A DNA stretch of 58,654 nt, the filler included, from Basidiobolus ranarum (taxonomy: Eukaryota): NCBI GenBank assembly GCA_040143965.1. It is 7 parts of 7 records of this genome, joined end to end, with 100 filler letters (N's around TTAATTAATTAA, not from the genome) between each part and the next. Parts side by side here need not be neighbours in the genome. Positions count along the whole stretch, not along the records: positions 33,630 to 41,914 come from JASJQH010007864.1; positions 42,015 to 50,287 come from JASJQH010007865.1; 5 more parts are not named here. One strand, 5' to 3'. The notes below the pieces were generated by a model. That model made no database searches. It saw only the letters and a list, made by a program, of their open reading frames with translations, and was not told the DNA's origin. Below, piece after piece: positions 34,269 to 47,114 of this stretch (position 1 is the stretch's first letter; every line of letters begins with the position of its first letter). The position numbers were made by a program, and so were the translations under genes.

Positions 34269-35657
34269 ATGTCGGCTAAAGAGGATCCTTCACGCCCCAC
34301 AGTGGCCCGGGCGCCGTATCCTGCGGAAGGTGCTGGTAACCAAACCTTTTCTAACATCTACTTGATAGCCGCTGTTCTTGGTATTCCATTCTCCATTATG
34401 TACGTCCTTGGATTGGGCATTTGGGGCTACGTCTTCTTGACCGCTATTCTTGCCTTACCAATTCTTGGCGGCTCACTCTGCTTTAGCTCTCACATCTCTG
34501 CACCATGGAAAAATACTGTAAAGTTACCTAATCGTAACATCGAAGAATATCTTGATATCAAAAGTCCCAACCTTGCTCAATACAAGGGTAAGAATAAGAT
34601 CCCAATGGAAACGTTCTTCGAGAATTATATCATTGGAAATATCGACCTCAAGGGAGATGCTTTGGAGATTTTCGAGCAACGTTATGATTGGGCCTCCTTC
34701 ACATTGCAAGCAGGACAAGTTAAATTCTTTCTTTTCCAATGGATTCCTGAATTAATCTGGCACTCCAAAAGCCAAGATGAAGATCAAGTTAGAGACCACT
34801 ATGACCGCGGTAATGACTTCTATGAATCTTTCCTTGGCCCTACTATGATCTATACATCCGGTATTATTAACGAGCCCAACAGCAGAGAGACTTTGGAACA
34901 ACTTCAAGAGAACAAAATGAGGTTGGTCTGTGAAAAGGTACAAATGAAGAAAGGAGATCGTCACTTGGACATTGGTTGCGGTTGGGGAACTTTGACTGCA
35001 TTTGCATCCAAAAACTATGGTAGTGATTCCACTGGTGTCACCCTTGCTAAGAATCAGACTCAATTCGGAAGTAAACGCTGTGAGGAATATGGAGTTTCCG
35101 AAACCGCCCGCATCAAGTGTATGGATTATCGTGACATCCCTCGTGACCAGAAATTCAGCAAGATCACTTGCCTTGAGATGGCTGAACATGTTGGCATTCG
35201 TCGTTTCCAAGAATTCTTGTTGGAGGTTAAGGACATTCTTGAAGATGATGGTATATTCTTTATGCAAATTGCCGGACTTCGCGCCACTTGGCAGTATGAG
35301 GATTTCATCTGGGGATTATTCATGGCGAAGTATGTATTCCCAGGAGCTGACGCGTCCTGCCCCTTGTACTGGGTTATACGCCAATTGGAAATGGCTGGAT
35401 TTGAGATTAAGAATGTTGATACTATTGGCGTACACTACTCGGCTACCATCGAACGCTGGTATGACAACTGGTTGAACAGCAGAGAGAGAATTACCTCGAA
35501 ATATGGTGAGCGCTGGTTCCGCTTGTGGGAAATTTTCCTTGCTTGGTCAACAATCATTTCTCGCCAAGGAAGTGCCACTTGTTTCCAAATCACTGCTCAT
35601 AAGAATCTTAATGGATTTGATCGTACGAAACTTCTTACCAGGAAGTTGGCCGCATAA
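34269..35657 (+). CDS. Sphingolipid C9-methyltransferase (CMAS/cyclopropane synthase family), 462 aa
   Basis: N-terminal TM hairpin with GAGNQTFSN, QDEDQVRDHYDRGNDFY, SAM motif LDIGCGWGTL, ITCLEMAEHVG and YVFPGADAS. Confidence 0.93.
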   Translation: MSAKEDPSRPTVARAPYPAEGAGNQTFSNIYLIAAVLGIPFSIMYVLGLGIWGYVFLTAILALPILGGSLCFSSHISAPWKNTVKLPNRNIEEYLDIKSPNLAQYKGKNKIPMETFFENYIIGNIDLKGDALEIFEQRYDWASFTLQAGQVKFFLFQWIPELIWHSKSQDEDQVRDHYDRGNDFYESFLGPTMIYTSGIINEPNSRETLEQLQENKMRLVCEKVQMKKGDRHLDIGCGWGTLTAFASKNYGSDSTGVTLAKNQTQFGSKRCEEYGVSETARIKCMDYRDIPRDQKFSKITCLEMAEHVGIRRFQEFLLEVKDILEDDGIFFMQIAGLRATWQYEDFIWGLFMAKYVFPGADASCPLYWVIRQLEMAGFEIKNVDTIGVHYSATIERWYDNWLNSRERITSKYGERWFRLWEIFLAWSTIISRQGSATCFQITAHKNLNGFDRTKLLTRKLAA

Positions 35658-37047
35658 GCTAAAAGGATTTCAAATTTTTTAATATATTAAGTATTCTAAA
35701 GTCCAAAGTTGACTTCTTCGTGGGGGGTTTCTTTCTCCAAAATTGTTTTAAAGATGCATATATCTCGGTCTACGTAATTTCGAGTAAAGCTACTTCGATA
35801 GTACTTCGCAGAACTCTATTTGTAGTAATTATATTCTTCAACGCTTATAAATGAAAATCTAAAAATATCCATGCTGAATCCATTATTAAGTAATATTACG
35901 GAATGTGTACACATTACCCAACGGTACTCTTTGTCTAGTTCCTTTTATTTTAATCTTCGACCTAAATCAGTGAGTAGGTTCCTTTATTTATTGCTTCTTA
36001 TCTTCTGAGTATTTGTTCTATAACAACCAAATAGTTGGCATGTGCACCACAATATATGGGCTAGCTTTGAAGCATATCTTTAGGCATGAACACTGTCTTA
36101 TCACGGAGTTCATTTATACTAGTTGAATATTCAAGAATTGGGTTCCATTTTTTAATACTGGAATAGGTCAGCCTGGTATGAGTTGAATTGAAATTACCAA
36201 TCGAGTTTGTACTGTCCAGTATCCTGTTGGCATCCAAATAAATAAATTTCCTAGTCATCATCACTATGCACCGCGTGCTTGCTGTATTGATGTGAATATT
36301 TTTCATTGATCAATATTCTTTGGCTTCGTTAACTCCTTTTCAAAAGATCAAAAATACATTTAGTCAGAATTGTCGCTACAGGTTTTCTGATTTAGTTGAA
36401 ATATGTATGCAGGGGTCTCTATAAAAGCATTTGGTCACCTTTGGTTCTAAACTTCCATTTTCGGTGACCTTAGGGATGGCCCATACATTTATACACATAC
36501 GGCTATGTGAAGTTTCAACAACGAAGTTTCATAATTGCCCTCATAATCATCATCTCACTATTACTTGCTTAGTCAAGGAAAGCAAGGATCTTTGAAAATC
36601 ACATGAATTTCAATCTTTTAAGCTGACCAACTTGAATCGAAGCTGCTTGAATAAACCTAGGTTTACATACTCCATTTATACATTCATGTGAAAGGAGGGG
36701 TTAGATCACATGATGATTATGGAAGTGAACATGGGAAAATTATTTTCAAGGAATTGATTGGAATGTCGAGGTGAAGTGACTGCGTTTGTTTAGGACAAAG
36801 GTCTAAATTGGAGGCACACATGATAACCCCCAATTAAGTCCAAGTGATACGTGACTTCAATTTAAGTAGAAGAATGAGAATGAACATTTATTTCGAAGGA
36901 TTTATATACGATCACTGTTTACCAAACCCCCTAAGTATTCATCTTTGGTTCTCTAGTTAAGCCATTTTCCCCCTTCCATCGGATTAAACCTACACCACTC
37001 TTCGCTAGCTTTAAAAGTTGGATTTTTCTCGAGATTGAAGTATCTTC

Positions 37048-39240
37048 ATGTCTAAAGTAGTACCCACATTCGCAAACCAAAGCACACTTCCAAAGCTTCC
37101 AGTCCCGGATTTGAAGCAAACTGCGGAGAGATACCTTCGCTCTTTGGAACCTTTCCTGTCAACTGAGGAACTCGAGTACAGTAAAGCACAAGTCTCAGAT
37201 TTTATTAAATCTGGTGGACTTGGAGAAATACTACAAGAACGTTTAGTCACTCATGCAAAGTCTTGTAAAACTTCCTGGATTGAAGATTGGTGGATACGTA
37301 AAGCTTATTTGGAGTGGAGAGCACCCCTTTTAATTAATAGTAATTGGTTTCTACAATTTACCGATGATATAAACCAAGGAAAACTTCCAAAGGAAAATGG
37401 TCAAGGGGGCTTCACTAATACTCAAGTAAAGAGAGCCGCCCATATTGTTAATAAATTCATCGACTATAAAGAATTAATCGACAGGTAACCCTCTAAATCA
37501 AGAAATTCTCATTGGCTGTTCTTATTCTAAGAATCTCTTTTTTATAGTCAACGTTTACCCGCTGAATCCACTCGAATGGGAAATTTATGTATGAACCAGT
37601 ATCGCTGCATGTTCGGTGTGAACCGTATCCCTAAGCGCGGGTGTGATGAGGTTGTTTACCATCATTCGGAACATCCACAACACATTATACTCCTACTTAA
37701 GGATCAGATCTATGAAGTTAATGTCTTTGGTCCATCCGGGAAGCGCGTTACAGACGGGGATATCGAAAAGTAAGATATAAAAGCGGCAATCATGTGGACC
37801 GATGTCTAACAAGCTCCATTTAGAAAACTCTGGGAAGCCATCGAGGATGTGAAACGATCTGAATCACAGCCTGGTGTTTGTATCTTAACATCTGATGACC
37901 GAGATAATTGGGCCGATGTAGGATTGGTTTTGACTCGACTTACTCATCATCTTCACTTTACTAATTCATTACTTAAAGGCTCGTGAACAATTGCTTTCAA
38001 TTGACCCTATGAACCAAGCTTCGTTGGAGCGTATACAGAGTGCGTTGTTTGCTGTTTGTCTGGATGACCGCAAAGTTAGTAGTGATCTCAACCGTGCCCA
38101 CAGGAATACATTCACTGGTATGGACGGCCATAATCGTTGGTTTGATACTTGTCTGAGCATTGTTTTGGACTCTAATGGTAACGGAGGAGTAAACGGAGAG
38201 GTGGGATACAAATAATATTCGTGCCACCAAATGATGTCATTTCATTAATATATGTCCTTTTGTAGCACTCACCATGTGATGCACTCATTCCATCACTAGT
38301 AATCGAATATGCACTACAAGAAGGACTAGACCCTAATTCGACCACTTCTGGGACTCCTATAGAGAAACCGAGAAAGTTGAAGTTCAAGTCAGATCAGAAA
38401 CTGGATGGAATGATTCACGATGCCCATGTCCGTGCTCAAAAACTAATTGAAGAGAGCATGAGCACCATCCTACAGTACAAAGACTATGGCACTGAGTTTA
38501 TTAAGCAATATGGTTTGTTCAGGCTGTAATTGTCATTTTGATGGGAGGTTCCAACTAATATGTGTGTCTAGGTAAAGTCAGCCCGGATGCGTATGTCCAG
38601 ATGGCTATGCAAATAGCTTTCTATAGAGTCCACAATGATGTAGCGTCTACTTACGAAACCGCCAGTACCCGTATGTTTCTTCATGGAAGAACTGAAACCA
38701 TTCGTGTAATGACGAAAGAGGCCAAAGAATTAGTTTTGACAATGAACAATTCAAATGCCAGTGTAAGTGTTTTCTCGAATAATCACATTCAGAGTGATTA
38801 TCAATAATTTCTTTCATCACTTTTAGGCTCAGGAGAAATACCAAATGCTTCAAGTTGCCAGTCGCCGCCATATACAAAATCTCAAAGAGTCATCAATGGG
38901 ACAAGGTGTAGACCGGCACCTGTTTGGACTCCGTATGGTTATGAAATCTGGCGAGAGTCACCCCATTTTTGCTGATCCAGCATTTAGTAAATCTTCAAGA
39001 TGGCAGTTGAGTACGAGCTCATTATCGGAATCTATAAAGCTTTCTGCAACTGGCTTTGGTGCAGTAGACCCTGAAGGGTATGGAATTAACTATTTACCTG
39101 GAAAGCAATCCATAAGATTTGGAATAGAAACCAAGAAAACCTCCTCTTCTTCTCTCGAGAGGTTCTCACGGGAATTGAACAAAGTCCTAAGTGAACTAGG
39201 TGAAATATGCCAGACTGTTGCGCCCAAGAATAAGTTATAG
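37048..39240 (+). CDS. Carnitine O-acetyltransferase, multi-exon, PTS1-like C-terminus (NKL)
   Basis: TFANQSTLPKLPVPDLKQT, LCMNQY, NRWFD, GE|HSPCDA (catalytic His), SPDAYVQMAMQIA, TYETASTRMFLHGRTETIR, GQGVDRHLFGL and LSTS. Confidence 0.95.
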
Positions 39241-40407
39241 TCATATGTCCCAGTTGAGGATTGCAGTTGTAACAAAATTCAATAAATATTGATTAATCAT
39301 AGTCCTTGCTGCGCTACAAATCTTGTCCAATTCATTATATAACACGAAACCGGTTAATAATATAAGGGAAGTAGTATTGCTTCTGGCTCTTAACTTATGG
39401 CTCTAGTACTATATTTGCTGCTTCTTATTTCAAAAATTACCTCTGAAAATTCAAATCCTACCCCAAGTAAAATGGAAGAACGGAAACTTAATGTTGTACC
39501 ATTCAATAACGCAGTCGTCGATAAACTGCAAGAATAATTTCCATCATATAGTTAGTCATTAACTTTCCGTTTTCCACTTTGTTACTCAGCAACACATTCC
39601 TACTTCTTAATGGTCACGAGGGGGGTCTGTCCTACATGAAAGATGATGAATTCTCTTAGATCGAATCGGCTTCATTTCAGGCTGTAGACATCGGGCTTGC
39701 GGATACGAGATGTAACTGAATCTACTTTTAGAGTGGAAACTATGGTTCGACTCTTGCAATAGTCTTTCTCTTGGCAAGCGTCTTATTACGAACAGCCATC
39801 AACTCTACCGAGCCTCTGATGATCTCTATTCGGTCAATAGTTACAGGGACCCAGGAACAAAGTAAGCTTGTAGCTCGTAAAGTATTATAGTAGGTCTCAG
39901 ATTGAATCTTTGGGACTGATCATTAGAATCCAATTTCCCATTACATATGTGCACTATTAATAGGTATCAGACACATACATGAGGCTGACTAAAACGTTGC
40001 AAATATACATCACCCTTTATGTTTTATAAGGAATTATTTGAAATCACCCAAAATAATCGGAAATCGATCTCTTCAATCCATACTCTATGTACTTAACGTT
40101 AGAAACAAATCCAACATACTCGTTATGCAACACAATTGGAAATTAACTGCATAAATGTGATCAGTTGCACAACATTTATCCCCTTTCAGTCTAGACAAAA
40201 AAGGTATAGTGAGTAGTGTTCTTTGGTTATTTTAACTTGTCTCTTAGAATAACATCTGTTCATTCTATGTGGCTGCTAATAAGTTGGAAGTACAAGGTTG
40301 TCCACTCATATGATAGAATCTCCATAAGCATACAAGCCGATGTGCTGAATTCAAAAGCTATAAAGGTTTCCCTTCCTGACCAATTTCAAGTATCAATCTA
40401 GCTCATC

Positions 40408-41676
40408 ATGCATTTCTCCAAGGCATCTCTTATTCTGTTGGCGATCTTCTTCCAGGCTAACGGCTCCCAAGCTCGCGTTTCCACAGATAACACATGTGGT
40501 GTCATTAAAGGGCAAACCGTAACCTGTCCTTCAGGACAATGCTGCTCAACTTATGGCTGGTAGGATCAATACTGAAGAAATCGAGCAAAGTTATGAGGTT
40601 TTCTAACTATTCTATGACATTTTTTAGGTGTGGAGTTACAATTGATCACTGTGAGACCAATTGCTCTTCTCAATGCAAGAAAGTTACCACCAAACTGGTC
40701 ACTACGGCTGCATCAACTACTTCTAAATCTACTGCTACTTCAAAGCCTACTACATCCAATAGTCCAACCAAGTCACCTGTCTCCACCAGCTCAGCTACCG
40801 TCCCTAATGGCCCCATTCAAACAGTAACTTCTACTGATTGGAGCTGTGGTACAAAAGGGAATATATTTACTCAGTGTCCACCTGGCTACTGTTGCTCTGA
40901 GTTTGGATATTGCGGCAATACTGCTGAATTCTGTAAGAACACTACTCCAGTTCAACAGCCGCTTGGTAAAGTTGCACCAGGACAGGTAGTGACAACTTGT
41001 GCCAAGACTGGGACATTTGCTGTTACATTCGATGATGGACCAAGTCAATACACTGGAACCCTTCTTGATACTCTGAAAGCCAAGAATGTCAAGGTCACTT
41101 TCTTTGTGATTGGATCGAGTAAGTAATTTAATAAGGCACATCATCCATACTGAATCCAAGTACTAAATTTTCCCGTGCTTTATTAAAGCTCTAGAGCAGA
41201 CACAAAACCGAAACTTTTTGAAACGTGCGTATGACGAAGGACATCATATTGCCTCCCATACCTACACCCATATCAGCCTTAGCAACTCCACCGAGGCAGT
41301 TATTCGTTCGGAAATGACCAAGACTTCTGATGCTATCTTCAAAGTGATCGGTAAACGTCCTCAATTTATGAGACCTCCCTATGGTGAGTATAACGCAATG
41401 GCTCTTGGCGTCATGAAGGACATGGGCTACAAAGTGATAATTTGGAATGTTGATACCCTCGATTGGCAGACTCAAAATTCCCAAAGCACCCTCAAAGTCT
41501 ATACCAATACACTTGCCAGTGCCAACTCGAAGACAGGCACCTTTATCTCCCTCCAACATGATATTCAACCCACCACTGTTCAAGTGGCTTCTCAGATTTT
41601 GGATTCTGTTCTTAAAGCCGGATTCAAGATTACCACTGTCCCTGACTGTTTAGGTGATACCGGATTATATTTCTAA
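40408..41676 (+). CDS. Secreted chitin deacetylase (CE4) with two CBM18/hevein domains and a Ser/Thr linker
   Basis: Signal peptide. Hevein repeats CPSGQCCSTYGW|CG and CPPGYCCSEFGYCG. CE4 motifs TFDDGP, HTYTH, RPPYG, DTLDW and LQHD. Confidence 0.95.
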
Positions 41677-42014
41677 TCTCAGAATAGCTCCTATTTAGGC
41701 AAGGCACGCATCTATAGTATTAATTTAAGTTATTTAATCATCCATGCAAGGCAATCATCATTCAATAAAGCCTTTCATAATAATTCATGTGAGTTCTGGT
41801 GAAAGCCCTGAATAACTGATAATGTCTATTGCCTCTGCACTATGGTGAATAGAGATCCGATAAAGCGTGGATTGTTGCTACCATCCCTTCAAACATAGGT
41901 GGCAACTAAAACATNNNNNNNNNNNNNNNNNNNNNNNNNNNNNNNNNNNNNNNNNNNNTTAATTAATTAANNNNNNNNNNNNNNNNNNNNNNNNNNNNNN
42001 NNNNNNNNNNNNNN

Positions 42015-45000
42015 TTATGATTTTCTCTCGAGGAAACCCGGTCTGCTGGATTTTTTCAATGTGACCTTGAATTTCTTTGAGATTGTTAGGGAAACTAAGC
42101 TTTAGCGGATCCGGATCATTGTACGCGTAATGCGGCATAAAAGAAAGATAGTCAACTATAAAAAAGAAAAAGATCAGTTCAGTTCAGTTATGATAAGGGA
42201 TGTGTATACTGATGGCAACTAGAAATGTCGACTTTCTATTTCTTTACTCTACGATACAGACTCTTCATCAACAGTTAGTTTTACATACCATTATCCGGTA
42301 GAAGACCTGCTTGACTAGGGATCGTACGCCAAAAGGAAGCTGTCGTGGCAGCTGACAGAGTCCAATTAACTCCTGATTGAGAATTGAATGAAGTCCGAAT
42401 ACTCTGTAGAAAAGTGATGAACTTATCAGTGTTTGTTTGGCTGGCATATTCCACATCCAATCCGTCGAATTTGTGCTTATGCATCATTGCTACCACAGAA
42501 CTTAGAAAGGTTTTTTGGGCGGCTGCGGAATGTACAACTTTGATAAAGTTCGCGGAGTCTTCATAGTATGCCCAACCACCAACTAAGAAGGAATAAAGCG
42601 ATTCAGTCAAATGGAGAAAGCAGAGGTAAAGAGGAGTTGATATACCTGAAAGTATCACTTTTAAATTCGGATTTTGGGTCTTCAATTGCTGTAACTTAAG
42701 AATTACACTGAGCGCGTTTTCATCGGGTAATTGAACAGAGCCATCAGTTTTCACAACCGCATACCCCGTATGCAGATGTGTCCACATGGAAGCTTTGATT
42801 GCCTCAACTGGGTACTTGTAACATTCACCAATAGGTGCCCTAAGTATACAAAGTTGTTGAGCAGTAATTCAAATGTGAAAGTTGTTAGGAAATTTCTAGA
42901 ACCATGTAAGATAATATCCAACACTGAATTTTCCCTGATCACAGAAGTCTCTTCCTACATCAATGTTTGGCACGGTCTTCAGGAAAAGTGACTTGTGGTC
43001 ATCAGTTGAAAGAGCATTCACTCCTTTAAGCGGGTCCTTTGAGTAGTCAAGAGTTTCAGAGTTAGTCCAGTTCACAAGGAGTGTATCTGCATTCGATGTC
43101 AAATGTTGATATCTAATGCCATGGGTAGAAAGTCTATCCCATCCCATCTGGAATATATTATCTGGAAAACTCGTTGTTCTATAATATGGCTCATAATCTT
43201 TGTATGAGCCTCCTTCAGCTAGCTGCTTTGTCATGATATTATGAAAATAAATGTTCTGTATTGAAAAGGAATATAGTTGGCATGGGTTAGCTGATAGAAT
43301 TGCTGTGAGCTCAAAATCAACGCTGCTCACCTGAGGGCCTGTGGCACCAGACCACTTCGAGGCTTTCTCGCCAGCACCCCACCATATAGGATACCAAGCT
43401 CCTTCTTCAGTATCGCCGCCTTCACCTCCACAATTGGCAGTACAGCGACCAGGAGCATGTCCAGCAGGGACTACAATTTTGTTAAGCTCAATCAAGTTAT
43501 ATCCTTCCCAGCCGCCATGAAGATTAAAATCGCAATCCATATCGTTTAAAATGGCAACGTTTCGAGAAGCTGTCCATTGAAATGTGAAATGACGAAGATT
43601 ACGGAGCGTATTATTTGAGTAGATACTGTCCCAGACTCTACTCCCTCTTAGATAGCCATTCCCTCCTTTTCCCTTGTTCCACGCTCCCTCTAGAAAATTG
43701 TTCTGAATTTGAATATTCTTCGCTACCTCGGTGACGATAGGATGGGAACCAGTCATGAATGTGCGAACATTACGAACCCAGCTGTTAGCGGCCCATTTGA
43801 ACACAATCCCGTGCATAGCATCAGCAGGAGAAAGATTACCATAATTATGAGTGGCACTCGAAGCATCTTGACCTGGAAGTGCCTGTGAGAGATAGAAATT
43901 CTCCAATCCAACACTTTCTACCATAGAAAGAGGCAATGCCTTAGTAAATGACACAGAATCATCCATGGCCTCTGATCCATCGGCAATACTGCTGGTATAG
44001 ACATCAAACTCGAGATCTCTATCCACTGTTACACTAAACTTATCAACACCAACAATTTTGAAAACATCCTGGAACATATATTGATTCTGGTAATATGCGG
44101 TAGTAGTCACTCCCCATTGGACGTAGTTGTTCTTCGAAGCGGGTACTCCAAGCCAAAGGTAACGACCAGGTTGATATTCGGTGATATCCACGTCTATATT
44201 CAATTGAATAGTACGCCCGCCTTTGAATCCTGCCTTTTGCAATGTTTGATCTACTAGAAAACCGCGATAAATTGCATTTTGTCGAGGACCATTTCCGGAG
44301 CCATCAGTTTTCCAATGAAAATTAACACTTCCTTCGAATAAATCTTTTCGATTGGCCGGAGCCGCGAGATGAGCTGCTTCAAATTTGAAGGCTACATCTC
44401 GCTTTTGAACTCGAAACGCCCCACGACCAGGCCAGATCCAGCCCCCTGTGGCTTTAACAGTACTTCTTTTGTTTCTGTGCTCAAACTTCATATTTTCCAA
44501 ATCCCATCGACTACCATCAGACGTTAAGGTGTCATAGCGAGTGTTCTCATCTGGAGTAAGTATGATCTTGGTAGATCCAGGTGAGTTTGGGTCATTACCC
44601 TTCCCCCGAATGATCAAGAAACTTGCATCCAAGTAAATCTGAGATGATAAATTAATTGTTCCTACAGGAGAATGTGTATATAGTTAATATATAAACCAAT
44701 AAAGAGGGGCGTAAAGTGCTGAAATGACTATACCAGATGGCAATTCAATCAAAGCAAAATTACTGTCCCCTCCGATATGAATGCTTTTGATATGATCAAT
44801 AGCTCCTTGAAGGCCATGTGTGTCGTCTACACCGTCATTTGGGATTACTTGAAATCTGCTCATCAGTTCTTCAGCTGTAATGCGATATCTGACCTTTGAA
44901 TCATCTGGTAATTCAGAGCGCCCTTCCAAATAGCCAGCTCTAGACCAATTTGGCAGTCCATAAATTTGTGATCGGCGATTGTCGTTGGTTAGCGTAACTA

Positions 45001-45125
45001 GTAATTGAAGACTTAATATTTGCGAGAAAGCACTACTAATCGTTTGAATACTTACCCTGCGCCAGGATGGTATTGACCAGCACCATGGTCAGTGCCAAGC
45101 GAAAATCTAAACCAGAAATTAGCAT
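42015..45125 (-). CDS. Secreted pectin-lyase-fold beta-helix protein fused to a degenerate GH18 chitinase-like domain (3' truncated)
   Basis: Exons 45125-45056 (start uncertain), 44997-44734, 44661-43331, 43255-42903, 42839-~42646, ~42582-~42288 and ~42157-42015 splice in phase. Hydrophobic leader LALTMVLVNTILAQ; LPNWSRAGY; PNDGVDDTHGLQGAID. Then the GH18-like part: VGYYLTW, THLHTGYA, NPNLKVILSVGGW, FDGLDVEY, GFPREKII. Confidence 0.82.
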
Positions 45126-45472
45126 TGGAAATTGGGCATAAACCAGCAGACCGTTCGTTGAAGATTGATAAAGGGAATCAAGGCATTATATACCACTTCA
45201 GATTTCACATCTTGCTCATCGGTAGAACCAACCAAATGTTACTCCACGGAAGTACAGTACTTTGTATAGATATGTTACACGAAGTGAAATGCTGTTTGCT
45301 TATTATTTTTCATTAAAATCATGAAAAAAGCCTATCAATATTGTGCTTTTAAAATGGTCCAATCTTACAGGTAGATAGCTCCCACCTCTGTATCGTATCC
45401 CTCGTCTGTACACATACAACTTATACTTTAGGTGACTATTTTTTACTCATTTATTAATAATCTTCATTTTTC

Positions 45473-46285
45473 TCAAGAATAAACGGCATCCTTCCCATCC
45501 AGAAGATAGAGAGCATTGTACACACTGTCAAATTGAGCTTGAAAGAGCAAAAAATTCCTTTGATACTTGCTCTGATCATCTAAAATTTCCTTTCCTAGTC
45601 CATCTTTATCAGGAAGATTTTTAAGAATCTTCACGGAATCCTTTGCCAACTCCGACCATATATGGGCCTTCTGGGCAATTATCTCATTGTACATTTTATT
45701 TAAGAGCTCTATGGTGTTCTTTTGCTCGCCTCCTTTACGAATGACTTTCTCCTTGAGCTGATGAGTCAACCGTAAGACGGTTCGTTGATGTTTGACCAAA
45801 AGATGGTGATAGTGCTCGAGCTCTATTTGATATTCCGCAATCTTCTTAAGTCCCACCTTAGAATAAGCACGAAGCATAGGGTTATATTGAGAGGTAAATT
45901 TGGCTTTAAGAGCGGTATAGGACTCCCGGTCAGTTTCAATAGTCTCTCCCAGTTCCTTATCAATTGGATTTAATTTGGTTACATTTTCCTCGGCAGCATA
46001 CCACTTTCCTTCGTGTTCTCTTATAGTTTTATCTATATCTTTGAGTTTGGCCAATCCTTCAGGTTCAGGGGCAGTGATGAAAAGTTTGGCACTTAATTTG
46101 TTCAATTCACTCATTTTGGAGGCCAAAATAGTGTTAAGCTTTTGATACTTCAGCTTATAATCAGCAACGGCTTCCTTGGGAGTGATAGTGAAAGCAGCAT
46201 CAGAAAGCGGAAACCATTGAACGGACACAAGAGAAATGATCAAAAGCCAGAATAAGGAACTTTTGGATATCATTAGAGATACCAT
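45473..46285 (-). CDS. Secreted, predicted all-alpha/coiled-coil protein of unknown function, 270 aa
   Basis: Intronless ORF with a signal peptide (SLFWLLIISLVSVQWFPLSDA). The body is K/E/L-rich with a heptad-like pattern and has no Cys. Confidence 0.8.
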   Translation of the reverse strand: MVSLMISKSSLFWLLIISLVSVQWFPLSDAAFTITPKEAVADYKLKYQKLNTILASKMSELNKLSAKLFITAPEPEGLAKLKDIDKTIREHEGKWYAAEENVTKLNPIDKELGETIETDRESYTALKAKFTSQYNPMLRAYSKVGLKKIAEYQIELEHYHHLLVKHQRTVLRLTHQLKEKVIRKGGEQKNTIELLNKMYNEIIAQKAHIWSELAKDSVKILKNLPDKDGLGKEILDDQSKYQRNFLLFQAQFDSVYNALYLLDGKDAVYS

Positions 46286-46605
46286 AAACTCTTTGAGAGT
46301 GATTAAATAAAGAAAGATTGGAATTACTTAAGGCTAGCCTCTACCTCCTTACAACATTATATATCGAATCATAGTTGATTCCAATAATACTTGTGCAATA
46401 TTAACTATCAACATTGCTCCGGGACCTAAGTATAGAGATTTAATGACCAAAAAGAAAGTATACAGATCATCTAATGTAACCTTTACTTGTTGTAACCATG
46501 TACAAAGAATATTCTTTAATCCGAAGAACAATCAATTGTGAATAGAATATTCGTTGGTACCAGAGAACAGTCCGACCTGCAAAGTACATAATTTAACACA
46601 TTTAT

Positions 46606-46700
46606 GCTTGCTCAAGTAACACCACAGTCAATCTTGTTCTAATAACACAAAGCTTCAGATTGCTCAAGTCACACCAAGTTTAAGCTTGCTCAAGTAACAC
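46606..46700. repeat. Four imperfect copies of GCTTGCTCAAGTAACAC at a 26-bp period
   Basis: Copies start at ~46606, ~46632 (degenerate), ~46658 and ~46684, about 320-410 nt upstream of the ATG at 46285. Confidence 0.65.
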
Positions 46701-47114
46701 AAAAAGCAGAGAAAAGGAAACTGTTCAATCTGATGAATTCCACACCATCTACACTTGGGAATCTTTTGATTATTTCGATAACAGTTTAAGTGATTAATAG
46801 CCGAAAGAATAGAGAAACTTTCTTAACGGTTCAAAAAAGCAATGCAAAGCTATATTGGCTCTTATAGTAGATCTGAAATATATCGGACCAACTCTAACTC
46901 TACTATAGTTATGATTATGAAACACTACTAACAAATAGGCTATAGCCATGTATCCTAGTAGAGCAAACTAACACCTTACATAATATGATATTTCATTCAT
47001 GGTTTATAAGATGCAAAGAATACTTTGGTGATATTTATTTACTTTGAGCTAAATGAATTCATTTCGACTACTAGTATATATCATAGAAACATAATGGATA
47101 TAGAAGTATCATAT

